From: Hypanus sabinus
Taxonomy: Eukaryota
Direction of reading: 5' to 3'
Assembly (NCBI RefSeq): GCF_030144855.1
Contig: NC_082710.1
Location: 34,038,001-34,102,000, forward strand
DNA: 64,000 bases
Shown: positions 48,966 to 61,072 of the stretch, piece by piece
Numbering within the stretch: the stretch's first letter is position 1
How the letters are laid out: each line of letters starts with the position of its first letter
Notes under the pieces: model-generated
What the model was told of the DNA's origin: nothing
Seen by the model: the letters and a program-made list of their open reading frames with translations, nothing else
The model's database searches: none
Position numbers and translations under genes: made by a program

Positions 48966-48971
48966 AATAAA
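48966..48971 (+). terminator. Polyadenylation signal of the annexin gene
   Basis: AATAAA about 108 nt after the stop codon, followed by a T-rich downstream element (about 48988-49003). Confidence 0.7.
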
Positions 48972-49044
48972 ATACTGAATTGATCCCATTTTTGTTTTTT
49001 TTTCTAAAATGATTCTATTGATCAAGTTTCCAGTTTCTTAATGG

Positions 49045-49330
49045 ATAGGCATAGCTGTTAGCACAACTTTATTACAGCTCAAGGCATTCCAGAGTTCAGA
49101 GTAAAATTCTGCCACTGTTTGTAATGAGTTAGTACGTTCACCATGAACTGTGTGGGTTTCCTCCGGGTGCTCCAGTTTCCTCTCTCAGTTCAAAGATGCC
49201 TTGGTTAGTAGGTTAAATGGTAGTTGTAAGTTGTCCTGTGGTTAAGCTAGTGTTAAATAGATGGGTTACTGGGTGGTGCAGCTCGTTGGGCCAGAAGGGC
49301 CTGTTCTGCACTGTATTTCTAAATAAGTAA
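49045..49330 (+). mobile_element. tRNA-derived V-SINE (HE1-like)
   Basis: Decayed A/B-box head, V-domain GTGGGTTTCCTCCGGGTGCTCCAGTTTCCTC, and 3' tail GGGCCAGAAGGGCCTGTT shared with the local CR1 LINE. Related copies at about 12535-12715, 49610-49830, 56850-57112 and 61745-61995 (-). Confidence 0.85.
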
Positions 49331-51450
49331 ACTATGGGACCCTTTACAGTAAAGCATCATAAGCAATATTTTTGAAAATGAACAGATGGATGAGAATAAA
49401 AATAGAAGGTTGAGAAAGTACTTGTCTGGACCCTTGCATACAAAATGCCAGTATTACATTGGGGGAGGGTGAAGACTACACAGGATTTGTAATTTTTGTG
49501 GAAGAACAAATATTGCAAACTCTAGAATTATGAATTTAAGAACGAGTCTGTTAATGAATTTAAGTCAGGGTTACAATGGAAGGAAGCGCTAAAGCATGCA
49601 TTAGATTTCATCAAATTGGATAGCGAATAGCATAATGCTCTTGCTGCACCAGTGGCCGGGATTCAATTCCCGTCACTGTCTGTAGAGAATTTGTATGTTC
49701 TTCCAATGAAAGTGTCGGTTTTCTCTAGCTGTTCCAGTTTCCTGCAAAGATAAGTAGATTAGCAGAGTAATTGGTCACATTGGTGCAATTGGGTGGATTG
49801 GGCTTGTTGGACTGGAAGGACTGTGTTCTAAGTTTAAAAAAAAATGTCTGATTGAATTTTGGGCCAAGCATTTGTTATCTTGAAATGAAAGAAGTTTTGG
49901 AAATATTCATGAGGTAAAATAAGTCATTGCAGCAGATGTCCAATCAACACTTGCATACACAACATTTGTGTGGCTGGTTCAATAGGTTTCTGGTCAACGG
50001 TGACCCCATGATTATTAATGGCAATTGATAATGGAAGTGTCAGGAGTAGATTATTTAGTTTTCATCTCAAAAATTATATTTCTATAGCATTATCAGCTAC
50101 GTCTGCAGGTATGCTGGCATGGGCTGTATCAATTTGAGTTGTGTATGGAATTGAAGACCACACAAGTACCAAACATTTCACTTCTGAACTTGTGCAGTAC
50201 TAAAGATGGTTTCAGATTAGGGTATTGCTCTGAGGAGCACCTGTAATGATATCCTTCTACTGAAATGATTGACTTCTGATCACAACTCTCTTCCTAGACC
50301 ACAAGACACACAGAAGGAGCATAATTAGACAATAGGTAATAGGTGCAGAAGTAGACCATTCGGCCCCTCGAGTCTGCACTGAGGCTTTTCAGCCCATTGA
50401 ATCTGCTCCATGAGAAATAACTCAACTATTGCAATGGTTGCTCTTTTGATGCCCAGTGAGCTCTATTTTTACCAGAGTGCCTTGCATCTGGAATTAATAA
50501 TTTAGTTAATGATCTTTTGTCTGAACTGTTCTGATAAAAGGCCATGACTTGAAACGTTAACTGCAGATGACGAGACAGTTACTTTCTGACTTAATGTTTT
50601 CTCCAAGCATTTTTTTTTAAACTTTCCGTATCATCGATTACTTGCTTTTAAAGTTTTCCAGAGTGCTTCATAAGATCCTTATCAGGAAAAAATCCGTCAC
50701 TAAGTCACAAAAGAGACTTTGATCACAATTGAGCCAAGGACCAGTAAACGGTGAAAAGATGGTAAATGTAACTTGAGAGAATAGTTTTGCATATCCAGAG
50801 CTGAACACCCTGTAAGGCATAATGGAATGTGCAGGATCCCCTTACAATGTGGGTTTAGTGTTATAAAAACATTACATCAGAACTGCTGTGCTATTGATAA
50901 GACCATTAAACATAGGGGTAGAATTTGTCCACTCAGTCCATTGAGACTGCTCCACCATTCAACCATGGCTGATATATTTTTCTCCTCTGAACCACATTCT
51001 CCTACTTGTAATCTCTGATGCACTTACCATCCTTTGCTTCAAATATACCCAGTGATTTGGCTCCACAGCCATCCATGGCAATGAATTCCACAGATTCATC
51101 ACCCTCTGGCTAAAGAAATTTCTCCTCATCTCTGTTCTAAAGAATTGTCCTTCTAATCTGAGACAGCAACCTCCTAGACTCTCCCACGACTGGAAATATC
51201 CTCTCCATATCCACTCTATCTAGGCCTTTCAATATTTGGTACATTTCAATAAGATCTCCCCTCATTCTAAACTCAAGTTAGTACAGGCCCAGAGCCATCA
51301 AACGCTCTTCAAACATTAACCATTTCATTCCCAGAATAATTTTCATAAATCTCTTATCAGACCCATTCTAAGGTCTGTACATTCTTAGATATGGGGTCCA
51401 AAACTGTTCACAATACTTCAAATGTGGTCTGACTAATGCATTATGAAGTC

Positions 51451-52925
51451 TGTTATGTAAATGCAACCCTGTAAAAAATATCAGCAACAATAGAACACAT
51501 CTGGAGTCTGGTTTTGCTGTTAACAAAACACTATGTCATATAGTAACTTAAAACCAGGTAAATCAAGATTTAATGGTGTTATGCATATATAAGTGTTCGC
51601 AATAATAAAGTTCGCAAACTTCTTCAAGCTTAAGTAGTAAGTGATACAGTCTTACGATGGTACGTAAGAAAAAATGTTCAGTTCAATCCTCAGAATTATT
51701 ATTGTTGGTATGAGAGAGATATTTGTAATCCAAAGGTGAATGTTGTGAGAAGGCAGTTACGTCGATATTCCACAGGTTCCACAACAGCAATACAAAATAA
51801 CAATAGCAGTAGGTTTTATCTCCAAAGTTGTTCCACTTCACACATGAAGTATCACGGACAGTGATCGTCAATGAATATCCTTTCAACACAAGTGGTACCA
51901 CGCCCGAATTCAGCTACGGGACATCTCAAAGTGGTGGCCACAGGATACTCAAACAGAATCCACGTATGGATTATCACCAACAGTAGCTTATCACAAAGGG
52001 GACCATCTTCAAGGGGACCACTACCCAGTCAAGGGACGACACACCGGCAGATTCCACAAGGTTACCCCAATAATGTGATAGCCCCTTATCCAGTTCCACA
52101 ACATACAAAGTAACTCCAGCAGTGATTTGCCACAGGGGTGCCTTTCTTCAGTGAACTACCACATCCAGACAAAGGGTAAACACACGTGTGGCATCCACAA
52201 AGGTTTTCCCCTCATGAGAACTCACTCCAGTGGAGTAACTAAGTGAAAATCACACTTTCGTATTCGAATGGAAACAAACTCACCCTCACGGGCTACTTGG
52301 AGAGAGAGTCCAAAAAGTGATCTCCATGTCACTAGGTTTCTTCTGTTTCAAACCTGATGCACCATCAATAACTCACTCTGAAACGTAAAGGCGACATATC
52401 GGCTTTTATTGACTGGAAGAAGGAACCAGCAGTGAGTGACCACCATACTACATCCTGGAGACTGAGAGGCCAGACTCCGGCCTCAATCGCCTTTATACCG
52501 GGGTCTGTGGGAGGAGCCACAGGAGCAGTCAGCAGGGGGCGTGTCCAGACAGGCACATAGTTCACCACAAAACCTTCCTCTCCTTCTCTGCAAAACTTCT
52601 TCTAGTTGCAGAACTTGTGAGAGTCATTTATCAATACTCTGGATTGAACTCAACGCACCCCTTTTTGGGCTACTGAAAGTTTAAACCAGCAACCGACTCA
52701 CTGGTACTTTCATTGACCGATTCCATCTTGACTTTAATTGTGTCTTTCTGTGTGTCCTTGTATATTCAAAACAAGCTGCAGAGAAACCATAACACTCTAT
52801 TCTCCATCAAATAACTCCACCTCTCTCACTCTAGAGCAGTTCAAACAGTATCTAAAATTCAGTCATTCTCCCGGCATTTTAAAGTGACAGTCCACAGAAA
52901 AAATGAATCCTAGGAGTATATAACA
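51451..52925 (-). mobile_element. Solo LTR (about 1.26 kb without the nested insert)
   Basis: Termini TGTTAT...ATAACA; perfect 4-bp TSD AGTC (51447-51450, 52926-52929). Confidence 0.88.
52355..52569 (-). mobile_element. Short solo LTR (215 bp) nested in the larger LTR
   Basis: TG...CA termini; perfect 5-bp TSD AAACC (52350-52354, 52570-52574). TATAAA and AATAAA occur in the expected order on the minus strand. Confidence 0.9.
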
Positions 52926-52949
52926 AGTCTCAACAATATCTTCTGAATT

Positions 52950-54250
52950 AGGCCCAGAAACTCCAGCTATTACTGCTCATCCATCATCCCTGTTAGTGTG
53001 TCCTTTCAATTAACTTTGGTCAGCTCCTCTTTCATGCACCGGCAGTTTCCTTTATTCAGAGGTAATATGTTTACATCAGATTTAGTTAAAGTTCAAGTGT
53101 ATTGTCATTTCAATTGTACACATGTATACTGCCAAATGGAATGACGTTCCTCTAGACCAAGGTGCATAACACAGTATGCATGACTCACACCCAACACAGA
53201 ATATTACCACAAATAAATTAACAAATAATAGGCGTTCATTTACATCACAAGTTAAACAGTATAATGTTACTGATACTTCATATACGGTGTAACCTAGGTG
53301 GTGGCACTCACTCCTAGCTTCTCCTTCTCGAACTGCAGAACAAGTTCTATCATACTATGATCACTGCGTCCTAAGGGTTCTTTTGCCTTAAGCTCTCTAA
53401 TCAAATTTGGCTCATTACACAACATCTAATCTAGAACTGCCTTTTTCCTAGTGGGCTCGGCAACAATACTCTAAAAATCCTTGTCGTAGGCATTCTGCAA
53501 ATTCCTTTTCTTGGGATCTAACATCAACCTGGTTTTCTCAATTTGCCTTAATACTGAAATTCCCCAAGACCACTGTAACATTATCCCTTTCAATCTCCCA
53601 TTGTAATTCCTACCATACATCCTGGCTACCAGTTGAAGGTCTGGATATAACTCCTGTCAGGGTCTTTTTACCTTCACAGTTTCTCAGCTCCATCAATAAG
53701 GACTCTACATTTCTGATTCTATGTCACTTCTTTCTTTGATTTGATTTTTCTTCAGAGCTACCCCACTCCCCTGCCCAACTAACTGCCTGTCTTTTCAATA
53801 TATGTTATAATTCGATGCTTAACTATTAGCTATGATCTTCTCTCAACTACAACTCAGTGATACCCAGATCCTAAGTGTAAATTTCTATTTGTACTACAAG
53901 ATTATTTATTTTATTTTGTATAATGCATGCATTCAGTTATCACACTGCCAGTCCTGTATTCACCGTCCTTCTTTTTGATTTTGCCTCCATGTTCTCTGAA
54001 GTTAAATTCTTAGCCTTTTTTTTTGTATTATTCTTTATTATGGAGACTTCAATAATCTTCCCTGACTTTCTCTTCACTTTTTTCATACTTTTCCAAGCAG
54101 TTGTATCAACCGGTCTACGATTAAGTTTAAAGGCCCTATCCACAGGCCCAGTTATGTGATTTGCCAGGACCCTAGTCCCAGCATAATTCAAGTGGAGCTC
54201 ATTCCATCAGAACAGTCTGCTCCTTCTCCAATACTGGTGCCAATATCAAA
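52950..54250 (-). mobile_element. CR1 LINE fragment (ORF1 end and ORF2 endonuclease)
   Basis: Minus strand NYAGTRVLANHITGPVDRAFKLN (ORF1 end), then LNACI (NARS-like), ITE..L, LGNFS and LGRSDHSMIEL motifs. Confidence 0.75.
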
Positions 54251-54736
54251 CCCAGTTCTCTCACACCAATCTTTGATCACAGTCATGGTTGATCTATCCC
54301 ATTTTCCTGCATTACCATAGTGTAATAAAGCACAGATATGGTTTCTCTGGGTCAGCTCATCCATGCTGAATGAGCTTCATTTGCCTGTGTTTGGCCATAC
54401 TCCTCTAAACTGTTCCAATTCATCTACTTGTCCAAATGTTATTGCACCTGCCTAAACCAGCTTCTCTGATGGCACCATCCTCTGTGTGAAGAAGTTGCTG
54501 CTCAGATTCCTTTTAAATTGTTTCCTTCTCATCTTAAACCTCCAGCCTCTACTTTTTGCTTCCACTTTCCTGGGAAAAAAAGACTATATACATTCACCCT
54601 TTCTATGGCCCTCATTATTTCAATACACCGCTATAATTTCACATTTCAGTCTTGCTGCTCAAAGGAATACAGTCCTAGCTTGCCTACCCTCTCCCTATGA
54701 CCCAAGCCTTTCAGTCCCAGCAATATTTTTTGAGAT

Positions 54737-55425
54737 AGATGGCACCCGCATACAATGCTCCCTCGGTTGTCATCTGCTGGATAGACCATGAAACTGTTTA
54801 TTTCACTTCTTTTACATCTATCTTTTTCATCTTAAATCTGTTTCCGGAACTGTTAGAGCCCGTGATTTACAGTTCGGAGATCGATAGTGTGGCTAATCGA
54901 GAAAATTCCAGGAAGCGGGCACGGGTCTCAAAGCGAAGAAACTACGAGACTGGCTGTGCTCGGAGGGTAGGTTTCTGTGATCAAGCGGTGTCTCTCTCTT
55001 TCAATGATGTCTGAGGATGTTACCAACGTTCTGCATTAATGGATTTGGACTATTATGGTTTTTATATTGTGTTGTCACCCTTTCTTTCTCGTTGATTTGG
55101 TTGGGGGGAGTGGGGTTTGGGGTTTGATGTTCTTGTTGCAATTTTGTTAGTTTTTTGTGTGGGGTGGGGGGATTTGAAGGTCTATATAGTTGTTGCATTT
55201 TGTGTGGGGAAGAAGGATTTGGGGGCCAGTGTTCTTGCTGAGTTTCGTGCAGGGCAGGGGAAGGGGGTTGAGGGGTGTGTTGATTGTGTTGCCTTTTTTT
55301 GTGTGGTGGCTGGGCTTCTCTTTGTACCGATTGATTCCATGGTTTCCTGTTTCGTGGCTATCTGGAGAAGAATCTCAAAGTTGTATACTGTATACACTGA
55401 TAATAAATTAAGCTTTGAGTCTTTT
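54737..55425 (+). mobile_element. Non-coding element with AGATGGC head and Rex/Babar-type 3' tail
   Basis: Starts AGATGGCACC. Ends AATCTCAAAGTTGTATACTG...TGATAATAAATTAAGCTTTGA, like the tails at 42580 and 46762. Confidence 0.6.
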
Positions 55426-55569
55426 AAAAAAAAGTTGCAAGTTTTTGCACTCTCATTCTGAGACTGTAATACTTGTTTCTAGACAGTAAAGGGAAACGTC
55501 CTCTTTTCATTCAGCCTACCTGTTTGCAAATTTCAATCAGATCTGTTAAAGTTATACACTCCAGAGATT

Positions 55570-56420
55570 GACAGATCCTCGTCCAGCAGCGTCACGTCAA
55601 GAAAACCCTAGAACCAGTTTAGTTGCTATCCACTGCACTCCCTCTGCCATGCAAATCCGTTTTCAGCTAAGACCACAAGAAAACCGTACACAGTAGCTCA
55701 AGTGCACTCTCGCGAACGCAAAACGACTGGGGTGAAAACTAGATGCTCTCATAACCCCAAGTCCCTAAATAAAATTTTACCGCTGCATTTGCCTGCGGTA
55801 GGTAGCTTCCCGTATCGTTAGTGACCTCAAGAGGGCAGAAACGTTGAATACTGTAAATGTAAACAATTCGATTTTTTTTTAAAAAAAAAGCAGAGGATGA
55901 AGAAACAAAGGAGGCGGTGCGGAGGGTTAACATTCATCCTTAACTATGATAAACGAGTAAACCCCAGACTCAGGGTAGCATTTAGGCCACAGGAGGTTTC
56001 ACTTCTCAGCCCGCAGATGACGGCTTTATTACTCACAAACGCCGGTTGAGGGTGAGGCGAGGGCGCGGCGACTACCACACGGAGAGGTGCGGCCTGCATT
56101 TGCTCCAAATAGCTTCGTCCATTGTTGCGGAAAGAGTTTTCGGGCGGCGTTCCAGCGACTGCCAGCGCCCTGCTGCTGATTTACTTCAGCCCGGTTGCAT
56201 AACGAAACGGCGCCTCAGCCCAATAAGTTAATAATGTATCTCCATCGCCTCTACCTTGCGGCTGCAGGAAATACTTTCAAAGGCTGAATTCGTGTGTTGA
56301 GTATCGGCGAAAAAATTGCGGGTCTATAGGACTTTAAAGGGTTAAATACCGAGAAATTCACAGGCGCTTAAGAAATAAGTGTTTCCAAGGTTGGTGTGTG
56401 TGCATATACGAGTCTTGGCA
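55570..56420. promoter_or_regulatory. CpG-rich promoter region (probable MFSD3 promoter and non-coding first exon; possibly bidirectional)
   Basis: The most conspicuous non-repeat CpG-dense stretch in the window, about 3 kb upstream of an MFSD3 exon that begins at an acceptor. CRE-like GCGTCACGTCA (about 55589), CCAAT (56220), candidate + strand donor AAG|GTTGGT at 56389/56390. Confidence 0.65.
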
Positions 56421-57892
56421 TAAGCATTATACAGCGACTGAAGTTTATTTTGATAGATAAAATACAACCGCATTCTACAGTATCTGCTGGCATCTGTGTT
56501 TTGGCTGGGAGACAAGAGCCCACGTTGTCACAGGCATACCAGAGGTCACACTGTACCCGAACCTAGGCCTTTCCTCTAACGGATTTGTTAATGTGAATAA
56601 GGAGGATTGTAGAGGATGTTAAAATACTCAATATGTGATTAAGAAACCTAATAACATCAGCTGAAAAAGGAAGGGAAGGTGCACTCTGAACAGCGCACAC
56701 ACATGCTACAATAGACACTTGAAGCTCCCTGATAGTATTTGGCTCCCATTAAACAGCATTGAAGCCTCAAACCTTAAGGTCCAGTTCAGGGCAACTAGAT
56801 TCCCAGGGTTCAGGTGAGCAAATGGGTTTTGCACAATTGATACTGTCACTGCACAGTAGCGTTGTGGTTAGCACAATATTTACAATACTGGCAGCCCAGG
56901 TTCAATTCCTGCCGCTGTCCTGTAAGGAATTTGTACGTTATCCCAGTGACCATGTGGGTTTCGTTTGTGTGTTTCGGTCCTTCTAGTCTAAAGATCTATC
57001 AGTAAGTTAATTGGTCATTGCAAATTATCCTTTGATTAGGCTAGGGTTAAATCACTGGGCCACGTGGTTCAAAGGGACTGGCCTGTGTCATGCTGTAACT
57101 CAAATAAATAAATATACTCAGTAGCCTCTACATATATTCTACAGTGAGCACATTTTTTGTTGGGGGGGGGGGGTCATGACTGGTGCACATATCCAATTTT
57201 TAGCTTAAACCAGCTCACATAATATTCAAAACATCAGTATGCAATCACAACCCCCCCCCCCCACACTATTTTCTTTATATTGCAGGAGCCATTCAGCCCA
57301 ACAGATCTATGCAGGCTTTTACAGCCAATTCAGTACCATTACCCCACTTATATTTGTATAACATTCTCTCAGTCATGCTTATTAATCACTCATTCTTCTA
57401 CCACTCGGTTAAATTATATTATTGATTAACCTATCAACATTTTGTTAAGATGACAAAAGAAGGAAAGAGCTATAGGGGCAACCAATGTGTTCACAAGAAG
57501 AATATTATAACACAGGCCAACACTGAACCTGTGTTGTTGGATCTGTAAGACTGAGGCTTACTTAGCTGCTGCATCACTGTGCCTCTCTCTTTGCAGATGA
57601 CCTTAGCTTTGCACAACTTTATTACTCTTTCTTCTGTTTCTGCCCATAAGCACAATAAAGGCCCTGCCCTAATCTTCCAACCTATCCCTGTGTCACCCTC
57701 CTACTTTAACCATTGTTGGAGGAATTTTTCTGGTCTATGATAATTGACACTAAATAATAACCCTTTTAAAATATTTCTCATTGAATAAAACAAATATTGG
57801 TTATTAGTCTGTTTAGTTGTGCAAATGGAAGTTATTTTTCAGTAAGTCAGTGTGGGAGGAAAGGCAGGAAAAAAGTTCAGTTTGTAGGTGTT

Positions 57893-58320
57893 AAACACAA
57901 AAAGATTCTGCTGATGCAGAAAAAGCAACACACACAAAATGCTTGAGGAACTCAGCAGGTCAGGCAGCATCTTTTGGTGGGGGGGGGGAAATAAACAGAG
58001 ATCATTTTGGGCCTAGACCCTTCATCAAGACTGGAAACGAAGGGGACAGAAACAAGAAGAAGAATGTGAGGGGAGAGGAAGCTGGCAGGTGATAGGTTGG
58101 ATTGGTGAGGGGAACGTAAGTAGGCAGAGGGTGGGTGTGTGGGGGAGAAGGGGATGAAGAGAAAGCCGTGAGGCATTAGGTGGAAGAGGTAAATGGTGAA
58201 AGGATAGGACAGGACAGTGGACCATAGAAGAGAGGAAAGGAGAGGAATCAAAGGGCAGGTGAGAAAAGAAGGGGCAACAGGGGAATAGAAAAATAGAGAA
58301 GGGGGGAGGTGGAGGGGAGT
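57893..58320 (-). mobile_element. Penelope-like 3' UTR/terminal fragment
   Basis: CACACAAAATGCTTGAGGAACTCAGCAGGTCAGGCAGCATC terminus, degenerate hammerhead (minus: TTGATGAAGGGTCTAGGCCCAAAA), and purine-rich stretch. Confidence 0.8.
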
Positions 58321-59124
58321 TTTCTTTATAGAATTATTATTTAGCATGCCGTATCTCACTGATTTCCAAATTTAACCTGTTTTAATACATTACAAAATTT
58401 AAAATAAATGAATTAGAGTTTGTATACTTTAAATATTTAAATTAATTTCATGTTTTTTTCTGAAGTAGCAATCTTAGTTGACAGCTTCCTCAAATACAAA
58501 GAATAGCTTTGTATTTGATTGATTTTATGCTATTTCTGTTCAATTTTTTTTGGAAAGAATGAAATAATGAGCATTCAGTAACTTAGTGATGTTCATTTCA
58601 AAGTGCTTTACAGCCAAATGATAACGTTGTCAGTAACAGCTAAGTAAGCCTCTATAATTCCACAAACAAATTGAAATAAATGGCAAGTTCAGCTAGTTTG
58701 CTGTAGCTAACTTAGATTGCAATGTAAACTTTTGGATTAGAATATTTTTTGCAAAGGTAAAAATGTAATTGATATGAACAGTGACATTGCTAGGAGATGT
58801 TATGCAGTTAACTCTTACCATTCTAGGTTTGAGCTAGTTCATCTTTTTGTGTTGATTAGGATTTTTATCAGCTCACATATGGCAGCTCTGCTTCAGTATC
58901 CTCAGTAATCTAATTATAATACTCTTTAACATTTTATTCTTAATAACCCAAGACTACCAAAATTAATTTGAAATCATTTTGTCTATAAAGGTAGTGATGC
59001 TGTAGAGTTTAATATAAAAATATTACTGCAGTTTTTAAAGAAGCATTTTTTTGTTGCAGATCTTGAGTTTACCCGAGGTTTACAAGGAACCGGATACTTT
59101 TACTGTAGATGACATCCATTTGAA

Positions 59125-59794
59125 ATGGCACCCTTTAAACTGAAATTATTTAGCTTACTGTACTTTGTACAGGGAATGCCCTATGGATTACAGTCCAGCT
59201 TACTTCCAATCTACCTGCGAACATCTGGACTCACATTCACGAAAATTAGCTTGACCAAGTTGTTGTATTTTCCATGGTTGCTGAAGATACTATGGGCTCC
59301 ATTTGTGGATCAATATGGAACGAAACGGAAATGGCTGTTGTGCAGCATGTTTGGACTATTTCTATGCTGCTTAGTAATGTCTAGACTGACTCCAGCTATG
59401 GACTTCCCAGAAATGGCTTTCATCTTGCTCGTGATGAATTTCTTTGCTTCAGTTCAAGATATTGCTGTAGATTCCATTGCAGTTCATTTGCTTAGCAGTG
59501 AGGATGTTGGCTATGGCAATACCATCCAAGTTGTGGCTTATAAAATGGGCTCTCTTCTTGCAGGAGCAGGGCTTTTGACGGTGATGGACTATATTAGCTG
59601 GAATATGATTTTCGTAGTATTCTGTTTTGCCTATGTTATAGCTATGATTATTTCCTATTTCACACCTGAACTAGAAGATACTTCTGAAGCAAAAAACGGA
59701 TTACTTGTGCTGAAACCCTGCAAACTATTGGGAGAGGTCCTGAAAGTGCCTGGAACAGTTTGGAGTCTAATTTATGTCATCATCTACAAATTAG
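59125..59794 (+). CDS. MFSD3: Major facilitator superfamily domain-containing protein 3 (SLC33/AmpG-like), first coding exon; exon starts at 59060; later exons are not seen in the window
   Basis: LYFVQGMPYGLQSSLLP, LYFPWLLKILWAPFVD, QDIAVD, GNTIQVVAYKMG and VPGTVW...YKLG match MFSD3. Acceptor TTTTTTTGTTGCAG ends at 59059; donor TTAG|GTGAGT at 59794/59795. Confidence 0.95.
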
Positions 59795-60044
59795 GTGAGT
59801 GCATCATGCATAATTATACGTAAGTAATGATTTTTGAATTCTACTGAAAGTCTTTGTCTGGAAGTGATTCCTTTGTCTTTGCTTTAGAGTCAAGTGAGCA
59901 CATTTCCCTTGTTTTCAAAAACTATTCCATTAATTTAAAAGATCTTTGAGCTGAAATGTTTGCTTTGAGGCTACCTGATCTGCTGAGTATTGAGTGTTTT
60001 TTCATAGTTTTTCATGGAAGGAGGTTGTTTAACTGATGGCCTTA

Positions 60045-60505
60045 TTAAACTGGAAAGTGTATGGAGGAGATTTACAAGAATGTTGACTGGACTCAGGGCA
60101 CTGAGTTATGGAGAGAGGTTGAGAAGGTTGGGACTTCTTTCATGAAATGGCAGGAGAATGGGTTGGAGAAAATTGGAAGGAAATAGTCAGGGTGAATCTA
60201 CGGAGACCTTTTCCAAGGGTTGGGAATCAAAATCTTAAGGGCATAGGTTTAAAGTGAGGGATGACTCTTTCCACACAGAGTGGATGGTATGTGGAATAAG
60301 CTGCCTGAGAAAATGTCTAAATCAGGCAGCTTATTGATAACACTTCAAAGATACTTGGACAGATATGTGTTTTTTTTTTAAAGTGGTATAACACGGATAG
60401 GAAAAGTTTAGTGGGACTTGGGCAGATAGGACTAACAGATGAGAATCTTGGTTGACATGGACTAGTTAGACCAAAGGGCCTGTTTCAGTGTTGTGTGACT
60501 CCATG
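60045..60505 (+). mobile_element. CR1 3' fragment in MFSD3 intron
   Basis: KLESVWRRFTRMLTGLRALSYGERLRRLGLLS remnant and AAAGGGCCTGTTTC tail. Confidence 0.8.
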
Positions 60506-61072
60506 TTGGGTGTCATCAGACCCAATATTTCCCTGGAAGATATTCCCTTTCATATCCCTGGTTCTCCTATCTCCCATCTTCTGATCTCCCTCCCCCCTCC
60601 AGCTCCCTTCCTGCTACACACACACACACCTGACTGATCTTACAGATTTTGCATTTTGGGCTGCTGAAACAATATTCCTTTTGACCATTGCTCTGTTTTC
60701 ATCTATTAATAACAAAGCCAGCTTCCTTCCTTCCCTTTTTTAGCTGTCCATCTAAATACTGAATATCCTCAAGACATTCAGCTTCTAGGCTGTGTCACTA
60801 TTATCTTCTCTCCAAAATACCAGTTTTATTTTATTTGTTTATGTCTCTTTATGCTGTTACTTATCAACAATATTATGAATTTTTTGTGCCATCAGATCAA
60901 GAATCTGTATCTTTGTCTTTATAACTTTTTTACTGTGGCAATACTTGTCTTAAAAAACCGTCTTTCTTAGCCAAGTTTTATGTATTTGAATGATCTGTCC
61001 CTTCCTGACTCAATTTGGCTATCTCCATGCCAGACATTTACCTGCACAGCTTCCTCATTATGCCCTGATCCA

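Larger units (their letters stand above)
50895..52945 (-). mobile_element. CR1 3' fragment interrupted by a solo LTR
   Basis: Reverse-strand CR1 C-terminus (LVRPHLKYCEQFWTP). It continues across the LTR: GCATTATGAAGTC | TCAACAATATC. Confidence 0.8.

Noticed and set aside
49045-49125. tRNA gene
   Set aside because: A decayed tRNA-like head of a SINE, followed by V-domain and LINE tail, with no cloverleaf. The same applies at about 49615 and 56850.
59795-59823. MFSD3 as a single-exon 232-aa protein ending ECIMHNYT
   Set aside because: A consensus donor follows YKL-G at 59794. The tail is intron read-through, and the C-terminal half must lie in exons beyond the window.
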